Shown in pieces: positions 22,733 to 33,869 of a DNA stretch of 64,000 bases; positions within the stretch are counted from its first letter, which is position 1; each line of letters starts with the position of its first letter. Under the pieces are notes generated by a model, which saw only the letters and a list, made by a program, of their open reading frames with translations, was not told where the DNA came from and searched no databases. The DNA is from Hypanus sabinus (taxonomy: Eukaryota), in assembly GCF_030144855.1 (NCBI RefSeq), contig NC_082714.1, positions 94,860,001 to 94,924,000 of the forward strand, in the 5' to 3' direction. Made by a program: the position numbers and the translations under genes.

Positions 22733-23636
22733 GTTAGTGACACGTTCATTCCGTTACAAGCAATTCCCATTATAGTCACTCCTATTTCCCACAGCTGTGG
22801 AAACATTCATGCAGGGAATAATGGTGCCATCTCTATGCCGCGGGAGTGTTTTAGCTGTCTCGAATAGATTTAGGAGAACATTCGGCCCCTCAAATTAGCT
22901 ATTGTTCAATTTCATGACCCTTTTACACGAACCGTCTATATAACTGACAAGAAGGCAGGCATAGCAGGAACCCATGTGGACGTCCATTTCCATATTCATA
23001 TCACATGTCAGTGATACTAAACCTGATTCTGAATTATCACTCTTCTTGCGTTCCACCACATTAACACACATTGCCCCTATCATCTTTGACACTCTAACAA
23101 ATCAGGAGCCTGGCAACCTCCGTTTTAAATAACCCGATGACGGCCTCCAGACCCGTGCATGGCAATGAACAAGCCGTCTGCCCAGAGTTTAGGTCAGAAA
23201 TCCAGAGATTGTAGAGCTCCTTCAAGAGTAAAATGCGTCAATTCAAGGCACAGTTAAAGATCTGAAGAACTATTGGTGTCCGGCAGTAAACACGAATCTA
23301 CAGAAATACCAATTACCGGGGAGAACCATGTGCAAGAATTGGTGAGTGGTATGAATGAGGCTCCTCAATCATCTCTGGCGGGGCCCGGACTTCCCCGCCC
23401 GGGAAGACAGTGGATGTTAAAATCCACTTAGGATTTGTGACTAATCTGGAAAACTCCTCACTGACGCTTTGTCCACCAATAGAATGATTACATCCTCCGC
23501 CACAATTTTGATTGTTTGCTTCAGTACTCGGTGGTTTCTGATTATTCTCCGGCGGAGGTATTTTTTATCCCCGAGTTACGAAAATCCACGAATTAATATT
23601 GTTTCTATTCCCCACCGTCTCCTCTCTCACACACAG

Positions 23637-23965
23637 GTAGCGAGACCCAGAGGCCCTCGGTTCTCCTGCTCCCTCCCTCCGCGGAGGAAACCGGCTCGGG
23701 TTCGGGTACTCTGTCCTGCCTGGTGAGCGGTTTTAAGATGGGCTTAGTAGCGCTTCGCTGGAGCATAGATAACGCCGGGATGGAGAACGGGGTGACGACG
23801 GGCACCGCGTCACCGGATACCGACCAGACCTACAGGCTGACCAGCTACCTGCGGGTTCCCGTCGCTGCCTGGGAAAAAGGTTCCAGTTATTCCTGCAGCG
23901 TGAGCCACAGCTCGCTGAGCTCGCCTCTGCGTCACACCATCTCTTCGTCGGCCTGTTCGCAGTGA
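23637..23965 (+). CDS. Ig light-chain constant exon, intact, cluster 2
   Basis: Acceptor cacacag|gt. Reads SETQRPSVLLLPPSAEETGSGSGTLSCLVSGFKMG..WSID..SYSCSVSH..ACSQ*, same length as cluster 1 C. Confidence 0.93.
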
Positions 23966-24576
23966 GGCCGCGCCAGTTGACAGCACACGTGAATTGTTTC
24001 CACTCACTGGGACTGTGTAACCGCGTCGTGTAATGTAATTGTGCATTAATATCTGCTTCTGGGAACAAACAAATGTTCAGTAATTTCAGAAATGAGCGCG
24101 ATGATTGTCCATGTTTTGCGACGCGTAATTCTCTGGAGAATTATATCCACTGTGCTGAGTCTGATTTCTGCTGTATGTAGAATGGAGCGATCTCCCTGTG
24201 ACTGTGTTATGATTGGATCTTGTGTATCACTACTCTTAGTAAAGATGAAACTACTGGTTAGTTTATCATGTTCTGTCTTTACTCGCCGTAAACTGGGAGT
24301 TTGCAGGCAGAGAACGTACCGTCTGCAAGCCGAGTCACAGAGAATAATGCTCAAATCCACTCAGTAATCCTATTCCGCCCTTCCTAACCAAAGCCGATCT
24401 GTCTTTCCTGCACTGGCCTCTTCCGTCATCGTTAATCTCCCATCATCACAGGGAACCTCTCTTCCGTCTCGTCCTGCACCTCTGCTCATCATTTCCTACC
24501 ATCACTGTGTGAGGGAGATCAAAATTCTCACTGTATTTTGGCCACATGCTGGCCATGAATTGTATAGTTACGCTCA

Positions 24577-25348
24577 TTGCTGTTGCAAGGGAGAAATATA
24601 ACTGTAAAACGAGTAAGTGCCACCACTACGTTAGCTGACAACCTGGTGTACCAAGGTGGTGAACATGAGTGTCAGGTTCTGATAGCAAAAGATTCCAAGG
24701 GACCATTGTTATCAAAACAAACAGGAGGGGGTAGAGACAAATCAGACAAAATAATGCTTGAGACCAAAGACACAAAGGAGAAGGGAAAACCCTAATTTAA
24801 AATTTTTGTGGATGGCTCCTCATCAGTACAGGATGGTGAGAGCAGAACTGGGTGTGTGTGGCATTTACGTAGAGGATGAACAAGGACAGGAAAGGTATAG
24901 TATAGCTTTAAAGCTACCCAAAACCATGAGTGCACAAGCAGCAGAATTGGCAGCTGTAGCATACGTGGTCAGCCACCCAGAATATTTTCCACCTGGATCA
25001 GTCATACACTCTGATAGTATGTATGTTTGTAACAGCCTTACAGAACATTTGCCTCTATGGGAAGCAAGAGGGTTTGTTTCAGCTGACGGAAAGCCCCTTC
25101 CATCTGCTTCTCTGTTGCATATATTTGAAGAAGCAAAGGGGAAAGAATACGGAGTTGTAAAGGTGAAAGCTCACTCTAAAGTGTCCCCTGAGGGGAATAA
25201 GAAGGCTGAGGAGTTAGCAAAGCAAGGTGCTTTAAATGGGCAGGAATGGCAACCACAGGTTGGGGAGATGGGAAGGCAGAAGGAACAACAGATTAAGATT
25301 ATGGATTTATCCAAGGAGCAGAAGAAGGATAAAGAATTTAAAAAATAA
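24577..25348 (+). pseudogene. pol: pol remnant: end of Gypsy-type RNase H/tether followed by a retroviral-type RNase H
   Basis: (T)LLLQGRNITVKR..LADNL, then FVDGS, AQAAELAAV, IHSDSMYV, VKVKAHS, GNKKAEELAK. Interrupted by a stop and frameshifts. Confidence 0.8.
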
Positions 25349-25431
25349 TAGAAGGAGTAAGGTCAGAAAGGTATGAAGAATACAAGGATGTACCTGTTAA
25401 AGATGGAGTAGTCCCATATGAAGGAAAGTTT

Positions 25432-26150
25432 GTGGTTCCAGAGTTACGAAGAAATCAGATGATCCACTGGTACCATCATTTATGGGGACTCCTGGGAGCT
25501 GAAAGAACCCTGGAAAAAATCATGGAGGTGTGTTGGTGGCCTAGGATTAAGGTGGATATGGATCACTATGTCAAGAATTGTTTGATTTGTGCGCAATATA
25601 ATCCTGACGGAAATGTAAAGAAAGGAGCCCTCCGATATACCAGACCAGTGGAAGGACCTTGGACTAATTTGCAGATAGATTATGTTGGACCCTTGCCACC
25701 AACCACAGGAGGGTACAAATATATCCTAGTAGTAGCAGACACTTTCATCAAATGGGTGGAAGCTTTCCCAACTAAGACTAACACAGCCAAAGCTACTGCA
25801 AAAATCTTATTGGAAAGGGTTTTTACTCGTTGAGGATTACCTCGGAGTATAGAGTCGGATAGTGGGTACAACTGTTGGTAGAGACAGTGAAAGCGGCCAA
25901 TTATGCGGCAGTTCTTCAAATAGGAAATAAGAAGCAGCAGAGCAAAGCTTACTTTGACTCAAAAGTCAGTCCCATAGAATTAAGCCCAGGACAAAGAGTG
26001 ATGATTAGAATACCAACCCACTTCATTTTTAAATCCAAGGTTTGCAGGGCCTTATGAAATCATAGACAAAGCAAGTCCATCAGTATGCAGGGTGCTAACT
26101 TCTTCAGATAAAATTGGATGGTACCACATCAACCAATTGAAATTGGTGGG
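25432..26150 (+). pseudogene. pol: Integrase remnant (HHCC, core, GPY/F)
   Basis: WPRIKVDMDHYVKNCLICAQYN; LQIDYVGPLP..YKYILVVADTFIKWVEAFP; AGPYEI..GWYHINQLK. Part of the core is deleted. Confidence 0.85.
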
Positions 26151-26572
26151 GGAGAATCAGGAAAATTATCATCATCGACATGTAATAATTGTTGTACATG
26201 ATAGCCCCAATTTTGGAGATTTGACAATCGATGTACACAATAGTTCTGATTTGGAAAATCTGAATTTGGAACAGCTATTCCAAGAAGATGCAACTCCTTC
26301 TGGCCAAGAAGGAGTTTTTCCATTTTCTCAGATTGAAAAACAGGGGAGATGTGTAAATAAAATAAGGAGGGGAAATACATTGGTTGCTGCCTCCCATGTC
26401 TTGAAACGAAATTGGGTGAGAAAAGATGGACGACTTGAGTCCAAAGATGATTGGAAGCTTAGATTGCATGGGTTGAAAAACCAGATAGTAAACATGGATT
26501 TAAAGTAATTCAAGATTGGAACTGGAAATAGGAGCAGATATACCGTTTGTGTATTTACAGATTTAATTCAAT

Positions 26573-27115
26573 ATGAAGAGAATAATGCATTTTATGGTGA
26601 TGGAATTGACCATGACTGGGGTCATGATTGGTTGTGCTTACGAAACATTACTGCTGATGAACTTGTCAACAACAACGTAATATAATGAAGACTATTCGGT
26701 GATCAAAAGAAACTTTTCTCAACGGATACGGGTAATACGTGCGCATGTGAAAGAAATGGAAGACTCGAATTTGTATTATGCTGGGTTAAATGGTTTGATG
26801 TTTGTGGATAAAAAGTTAAATATTCCAGAGAGTCATCAGTGGGCTGAACATTCAAAAGTTATTAAGACACATGCTAAGAAGGCAAATGAAATGCTAAGTG
26901 ACTCAGACTTCTGGGGTAAATTTTGGAATTGGGGATCAAATGTTCAAATACATCCATGGGTGAGGATAATCTCACATGCTGCAGTAATATTAATCTTTTG
27001 TACACTGATGATTGTATTATTTAATGTGTATCAACTCAGAAGATGGAAGGCTGAAATTATGCAAAAGGTAGAGGGGAATGATTTTGCACTACTGAAAAAA
27101 AGATGGCCAGTATAA
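26573..27115 (+). pseudogene. env: Short env-like ORF (signal-like N-terminus, one in-frame TAA at 26678, C-terminal TM helix)
   Basis: MKRIMHFMVMELTMTGVMIGC..*..FWGKFWNWGSNVQIHPWVRIISHAAVILIFCTLMIVLFNVYQLRRWK. Lies between integrase and the LTR and is preceded by acceptor-like gtgtatttacag (26549-26560). Confidence 0.6.
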
Positions 27116-27479
27116 AAATTGTATGAATTTAGTAAGTAAAAGTTATAATGTAAGTGCAGCACACCTGCTGGGGATCCATGGCAATCCAATGGATGGTCAA
27201 TAGAATAGAGGAGGATAGTGATCCTAAGATAAATAATTGGATCAAGAGGAAGCCAGAAAGAATGACAATCTTCAAATCAGTGAATTCAAATGAATCATGG
27301 GCAGTGGAAGCAGTCTTTGTTCTTGCCGTGTGCTTGGGGGATGGAGGCTGTCTTCATTTTGTGACGATACTTTATACTCCATTTTGTGAGCTTGACATGC
27401 TGTTTAGTGTTTTAAAGAAGACACAAAGACCAGGTAATCTGCTAGACTGGAGGTCATTTCCAAATAAGTAGTTATTTGT

Positions 27480-28068
27480 GAGGTGTTCTTTAGTTGGCTA
27501 TAACATGCAGGAGTGTGAATGCCTGAGGTGATTCGAGCTCATTGTTGACTGAGAACAAAGAGCCATGAGTCAGCAACTGTCCCTTGATGGGAAGAGGACA
27601 ATAGATGGATGCTGCTTTGGACCAGAGCCAATGACCAGGTGTTAAAGGCCAGACACATGACCTGCGGCCAATGACACGGGAATGCGACATTTGAATTGAT
27701 AAGAAATGGATATAAAAGTAGATGCTTTGTGGGAGCTGGTGGCGGTAACTTTGAAGAATAACCATCGCAGATACAAGCGAGAAGAACCCTGCGTGAAGCA
27801 CGTGGAGAGTGAATCGGGACCACGAGGAACAAGGAACGCCTGGTCAGCGTAAATTCCTCCGCCCGATTAATACCTTTGCTATTCTTTGACTATCCAGGAG
27901 AGTCAGGGATACTTAGCGGGTGTGCGCGCAAGGTATTTAGTGAATGAATTCACGTACTTGTTAGTTTGAACAATAACGGAAATTGTCAGAAAATATAAAT
28001 CTCTCTGTGCCTCACTCGGAATCGTTGGAAGAGGTAAAAGCGGTAGCTCGCTCTCTTTTTTTCCAACA
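27480..28068 (+). promoter_or_regulatory. 3' LTR of the retrovirus-like element (5' border uncertain)
   Basis: Two CCAATGAC boxes (~27628, ~27668), TATAAAA at 27711, and a terminal CA followed by the target duplication. Confidence 0.6.
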
Positions 28069-30389
28069 CGCTACAGGGGTGTTTACCCAAGAGTTAATCA
28101 TGCTCTATACCTGAAGTTATCTGTTCTCTTAGTTCCATCACAAAGACTAAACAATCTGCTTGTGCGCCTCGATTCAACGTCAAACGCCCACCGACCCCCA
28201 AACCACCCCCCCCCCATCCACCCAGCCGGCACACGCACACGCACACACACGAGCACACAAGCATATAAACTGCCAAGAGACTCAGCAAATTACCTTCTGT
28301 AACGTCTGAGTATCGCATGTCGACGCTGTTTCAATCATGGTGAATGTATCTGCTCCATTTCTTGTCTGACACCCCTTCGACATGTTATCCGATCCCGTAC
28401 ACAAAACCTCCGCGCGGGAATGTTTTAACGGACTGGGCAAGTGAACATTTTAAAATAACACGCAGAAACCGGAGTAGACCAGTCAACACTTTCTTCCCAC
28501 TCCATCATCCAATATGCTCAATGTGGACCTGTCCTCTCAGTTCCGGTTTCCTTTACTGACCCACCAGTTCACTGAGTACCTAAACCCGTCTCAGTCATTG
28601 GAAAATTCCCGCCAGTTAGCGTGACGTTATTGTCAAAAGTCAAAGTAACGTTATTATCAAGGTACAGATCTGTCACCATATATTGCCTTGATATTCACTT
28701 TTTGCGGAGATTTCGAGTTTAACAGAAACACTATATACTGTAGAATCAATGAAAACCCGCAAATAAATACTTTACATAGGTAGCTGGATTGATGGCTAGA
28801 TAGGTAGATGGATAGACAGATATATACATAAATAGATAATGCTGACGACGTGAGTTTTAGAGTTTTTGAAAGTGAGATCATAGGTTCTGGAATCAGTTCA
28901 GAGTTGTGGTTTTTTGAAGTCATTCATACTATTCCTGCAGTCTGACGTTTGAAGGGCAGTAACTGTTACTGAACCCAGTGTTGTGGGACTTAAATTTTGT
29001 GTATTAATCACACGGGATAAAGCTGCTAAACCGGGGACAAGAGCGAAATGACTAGACCCCGTATGCACAATTTCAAGTTAAATCCTGCCTGATTAATAGA
29101 GTGAGTTTACGGGGAGCGTGAATGAGAAGACGGGCTGTGATTGACAGGCCCATGCACTCACAGAGAATTTAGACAGATTTTGCACAAACCATTCATTTAC
29201 GTGAATTGCGGGAATCTGTTAGCGTTACTTTGAAGGTGGGAGAGAATGGGGAGATGGACCGGCAACATGGATAAAGTACATCTGACAATTCTCGAGTGGA
29301 GGAACAGAGTGGTACAAATCCAAGCTTATAAACAGATATATGTTTAATGAGTTTCTTTAGAAGAAGGAGGAGGCTCCAACCAAGGTACGCAGTGATTGTG
29401 AGCTGGCTGATGCTCCATAAGTGTGTTTCACTGAAAAGGGCTGAGCGGTATTTCCAGCTGGATCGGATCCCATTTTTACAGCGGCGATTATTGCACAGGT
29501 TTGAAATACGGACAACGTAGAAACCTGGAACCAAAAGAAATTTTGCAAATACTGGAAATCCAAAGGAACACACACATACAATCACAAAATGCTGAAGAAA
29601 CGGAAAGGAATAAAGAGTAAACTTCCCATGCCGAATCTGCAGCGGAAACATTGTAAATCAGTCAGTTAAATACACCATATAAATAGAAAGCACCATCCTG
29701 ACCCTTTTAGTGGATGTCCAGATATATTTATTTTCTATATCCGCACTACCTTTAATATATGCTACAACGGCAATATGCAAACTAAATATTATGGTATACT
29801 GAACTAATAATGATACTGGATATGAAAAGTTCAGAGCTCATATTGGAAAGGTGAGCACGAATGATGTGTTGAAGGTAGAATTCACCCATTCGCTGGTATA
29901 TCGTCAGTAGACAAGGTTCAACAGCGAAAACAAGCGGCGTTCGCATCTCTTCACCGCCTGTTACCCGTTCTTTTAATCCCCTACAATCGGGCATTTTCAG
30001 CATTGGGACAAGAACTGTTCGGATGGGAGACAACTTGCTCTCCCGATCCGTGAGACGACTGAACTCCCTGTCACCACCCAGGTCTCTTCACTTAGGAAGC
30101 GACTATAAAGTTATACTGCTTACGTTTTGACTTGTGTCGTAAATACACCTGATACTAAGTCTTCTGGAATCTATTTTATTATTCGGAAATTTATTTCTGG
30201 TAATATCATATCATGTGTTGTGTGCCAGTTCTATGCTCTATGTAATAGGCTGCTTACAAACCTTCTAAATATACGTCTGAGTTACTCTCACTGACATCTA
30301 CAGCCTGAAATTCCCCTTTAAACAACGTCCTTTTGAACCTTCCTCAACTGCCGATCTCGTGATCTTCTGAAGGGCTGAGCAGACGTAAC

Positions 30390-31470
30390 TCTCAAGCATG
30401 CAGGAATGGCGGTTTTAAGCGGACGAAGGTACATGGTCACGGCCGGAAGAGAAGCGGGAGGGGAAGACTCCAAACCAGACTGAAATGCCAAGCAATGGAC
30501 AGTCCTCCATCCAGTATCTTGTTAGCAAATGTACATTCACTGCAGAACAAAACTGAGGACCGAAAAGCAAGATTACTGTATCGGAAGGAAATGGGGTATA
30601 AGACCCACAAGATTCTCGATGCACAGGGTGGACCGGACTGCGGATTCGGAGAAGGCAAAACTTGAGGGTCTGTATTGCATGATAAACTCTCGGTTGCACA
30701 CGGACCTGACCGTTTATTCGTACTCTAGTCCTTCCCGAACTGGATCATCTAACGATTAAGTGCCGTCCATTCTACTTATCAAGAGAGTTTCCCTCCGTGA
30801 TTCTGGGCACAGTTTGCATGTCGCTAAAAGTTGACATTAATCAAGCAGTCGAGATATCGAATACTGCTATCGGCAAACAAGACACAGCCGACCCCGATTA
30901 TTTTCAGATCATTGTCGAGGACTTCAATCAGGCTCGGACTATTGAAGAAATCTCAGCCCAATTATCATCAACATAAAAAGTGCAGCAGCATGTGTCCCAA
31001 CATTCTACCACTGTTATAATGAAGAACAAGTTAAAATAAGGATTGCCTACCGTTCCATGACTAGACCACATTTCGAGATATCTAATCACTTGGTGATCCT
31101 TCTGTTACCTCCATGCAGGCAGAGGCTGAAGATCAAGGCTCCAGATATAAGAACAACAAAGAAATAGTCGCAGAAGTCAAAGGAGTGTCTGCGACAGTGG
31201 CTCGAGTTGATGCACTGGGCCGAATTGAGAGACTCAGCTGAGGATCTGAATGAATACACCACCGATTGTCACAGATTTTATAAAAACAGCCATAGAGAGC
31301 GTGACCTTTCAACATTATTCAGTCTTCTCCTACCCGAAGAACTGTGTGAATCCTAAGATCCAAAATCTGCTGATAGCCAGATGAGTATCATTCAGGTTTG
31401 GCAATCAGGTAAGATACCAGAGACGCAGGTACGAATTCCGAAAAAACCATCCTACGTGCAAAGTAGTCTG
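30390..31470 (+). mobile_element. Rex1/Babar-like LINE endonuclease fragment (longer paralogue of 5880-6525)
   Basis: Nucleotide similarity to 5880-6525, continuing into sequence also seen at 41040-41400. Confidence 0.7.
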
Positions 31471-32609
31471 TGAGCCAATAGGGTTGCTCGGTACCATCTA
31501 AGGGGAATAATGTTCATAGTGATTTTTGGCGAGGTATGCATCTCTATAGAGTAAGAAAATATGTGATAGCATTACACCGGTGGTAGCTTTAAATGTGCTA
31601 ATCATGCATTTTATAACGCTACCCTAAAATAAGTATTTCTGAAAGGTGATCAATATAAAGTACAACATATATATTCAACCTAGTGGTATGTTGTCATCAG
31701 TGATCCCTCAACGTTGAAGTTTATCACAATGATATCTGAGTTCAAGCACTTTTCATTAAATGTTGTTACAAAATTCTACATTAAAAACTATGTCATTGGT
31801 GGCACTCGCAGAACAGTGCCCAATTTCAGTCAAGTGAATCATTTCATTTTCAGAAAAATATTTGTCTGTTGTTTGTTTTAGAAAAGTCAATAAAACCCTA
31901 GAACACATATAATCACATGGATTTTAGATGATTTATTCAGGAATTCAAGTAAGTAATCACTTTTTGTATATATTCTATATTAACATCAGTATAGCAGAAA
32001 ATGTTATCCCACCCGCCAAAAGGTGGGGAAAAAAAACCTCATTTGGAGAGATTTCTGGAGTTTTATCAATGTCATGATATTTTTCATGTAGTTGTATCAA
32101 ATCAAAACAATCTTAAGGTTTTGTCATAGCATAGTGGTTTATTTAGCACTGGTGGATTCTTGGCAGCTATGTTGAGCTGTCTAAATGCTATTACCTCTTA
32201 GAAAAAGAGAAACTAAGCAATGTAGATGACAAAAATAATTCGTTTCTTGATAGCCTCAGTGCCTACTATGCTCGATTTCTTCGTCCAAATATGGGGACAA
32301 CTTCAGGAACTCCTCCGCGGTGACCCTGTAATTTCAGTTACTGAGACGACGTGAAAGCATAATTCATGAGTGCAAATCCACTGAAATTATCCGGCCCAGA
32401 TGGGATACCTACCCGATTACCAAAGAACTATCCATATCAGTTGGATGGAATATTCACCTATTTAATTAACCTTTTGCTTCTTCAGTCTTCAATCACACTG
32501 GGGGGCTAAAACGTACGTAGTGGCCGACCTCAATAACTACCGTTCATTAGAAATTGCATTCCTGTAATGAAGTGCTTTTGAGAATGTAATGATAGAATAT
32601 ATCAAGTTC

Positions 32610-33500
32610 TGCCTGCAGGCGCGCCTGTACAACCAGTCCACCGTAAATGCCATTTTATCAGCTCTTAACTCAATCCCAACTGATCTGGACAACAAAGGTG
32701 TATACATCTGGATGCTCTCCATCGTCTGTTGCTCGGTATTCAATGCTATCATCTCATCAAAAATAATCAATAAGTTTAAATTTTTGGCCTCGATACCTTG
32801 TTGTGCAATTGGATCCTCAATTTCCTCACTTGAAGACCCTTGTCTGTTCAAAATTGGCAACTGCAACTACTGCACAATCTCCAAAAGCACAGGTGCTCCA
32901 CATGGTTGTGCGATTAACCTCCTGCTCGACTCGTTTTATACTTATGACTGTGAGGCAAAGCAGAGCTCCAATGCCATGTCTCAGTTTCTGATGACAGCAC
33001 TGTCGTTGACCGAATCAAATGTGGTGATGAATCAGTACTTAGGAGAGATATTTAAAATATGGCTGAGTGGTTCCACACTAACAACCTCTCACCACCAGCA
33101 TCGAGCCCAAAGATCTGATTATTGATTTCAGGAAGAGAGAATTGGAGATCCATGAACCAACCCTCATCGAGGCATGAAGGGTAGAAAGGTTCAACAACTT
33201 TAATTTTTCTCTGTTATTATTTCAGTGGTATGTGTCCTGGGCCCGGCACGTAATTGCAATCACTGTATTGTCTCTACCTCCTTACAATTGTGTGAAGATT
33301 CGGCATGATATCTAAAATTTTGACAAACTTCTGTACATATATAGTGGAGAGTATGATGACGAATTACATCAAGGCCTGGTACGGGAGCACCGATGGCTTT
33401 GAACAGAGAATCCTACCATGACTAATAAATGCTGCCCAGAACATCCCTCCCCACCACTGAGCAGATCGACACGGAGCGCTGTCGCAGGAAAGCAGCGTCC
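32610..33500 (+). mobile_element. Rex1/Babar-like LINE RT and 3' fragments
   Basis: STVNAI..SVFNAII.SK..LCNWIL..STGAPHGC, a degenerate RT of this clade. Confidence 0.7.
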
Positions 33501-33869
33501 CTCATAAAACCATAAAAATATCTGGCCTTCGAGTCTGATCTGCCATTTCGTCCTGTCAGATCAATTTCCGTCTCAGCCCCACTCTCCTACCTTCGCCGCG
33601 TATCCTTTCATGGTCTGACTAATCAAGAAGCCAGCAACCGCTGTTTTTAAATATACTTAATGACTTCCCTTTCAAAACCGCTTGTGGCAACGACATCCAC
33701 AGAATCACCACTGTCTAGCTAAAGAACTATATCCTAACTGCCCCTCCACCTATCTTCCCCTTGTCCGTAAACATGGCCACAAAGCGGTCAATTCCGTCAT
33801 CCAAATTATTGATATATAACGTAAAAAAAGAAGCGATTCCAACGCAGCTCCCCGTGGAATATGACTTGT

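Larger units (their letters stand above)
24575..28068 (+). mobile_element. 5'-truncated endogenous retrovirus-like LTR element (pol remnant, env-like ORF, 3' LTR); possibly lokiretrovirus-like
   Basis: RNase H, integrase, env-like TM ORF and an LTR ending TTCCAACA. CGCT flanks both ends (24571-24574 and 28069-28072). The element is absent at the paralogous site (~3595) of unit A. Confidence 0.85.
21356..31045 (+). repeat. Segmental duplicate unit B (IgL cluster 2 plus flanks, with 3.5-kb retroviral insertion)
   Basis: Colinear with 2-6525 once 24575-28072 is removed. Confidence 0.9.

Noticed and set aside
1330-24560. Recombination signal sequences near V, J or C (CACAGTG / CACTGTG at ~2124, ~3513, ~7542, ~20818, ~24503; also ~50089 and ~60497)
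   Set aside because: None has an ACAAAAACC-like nonamer at 12 or 23 bp, and none flanks a V or J segment.
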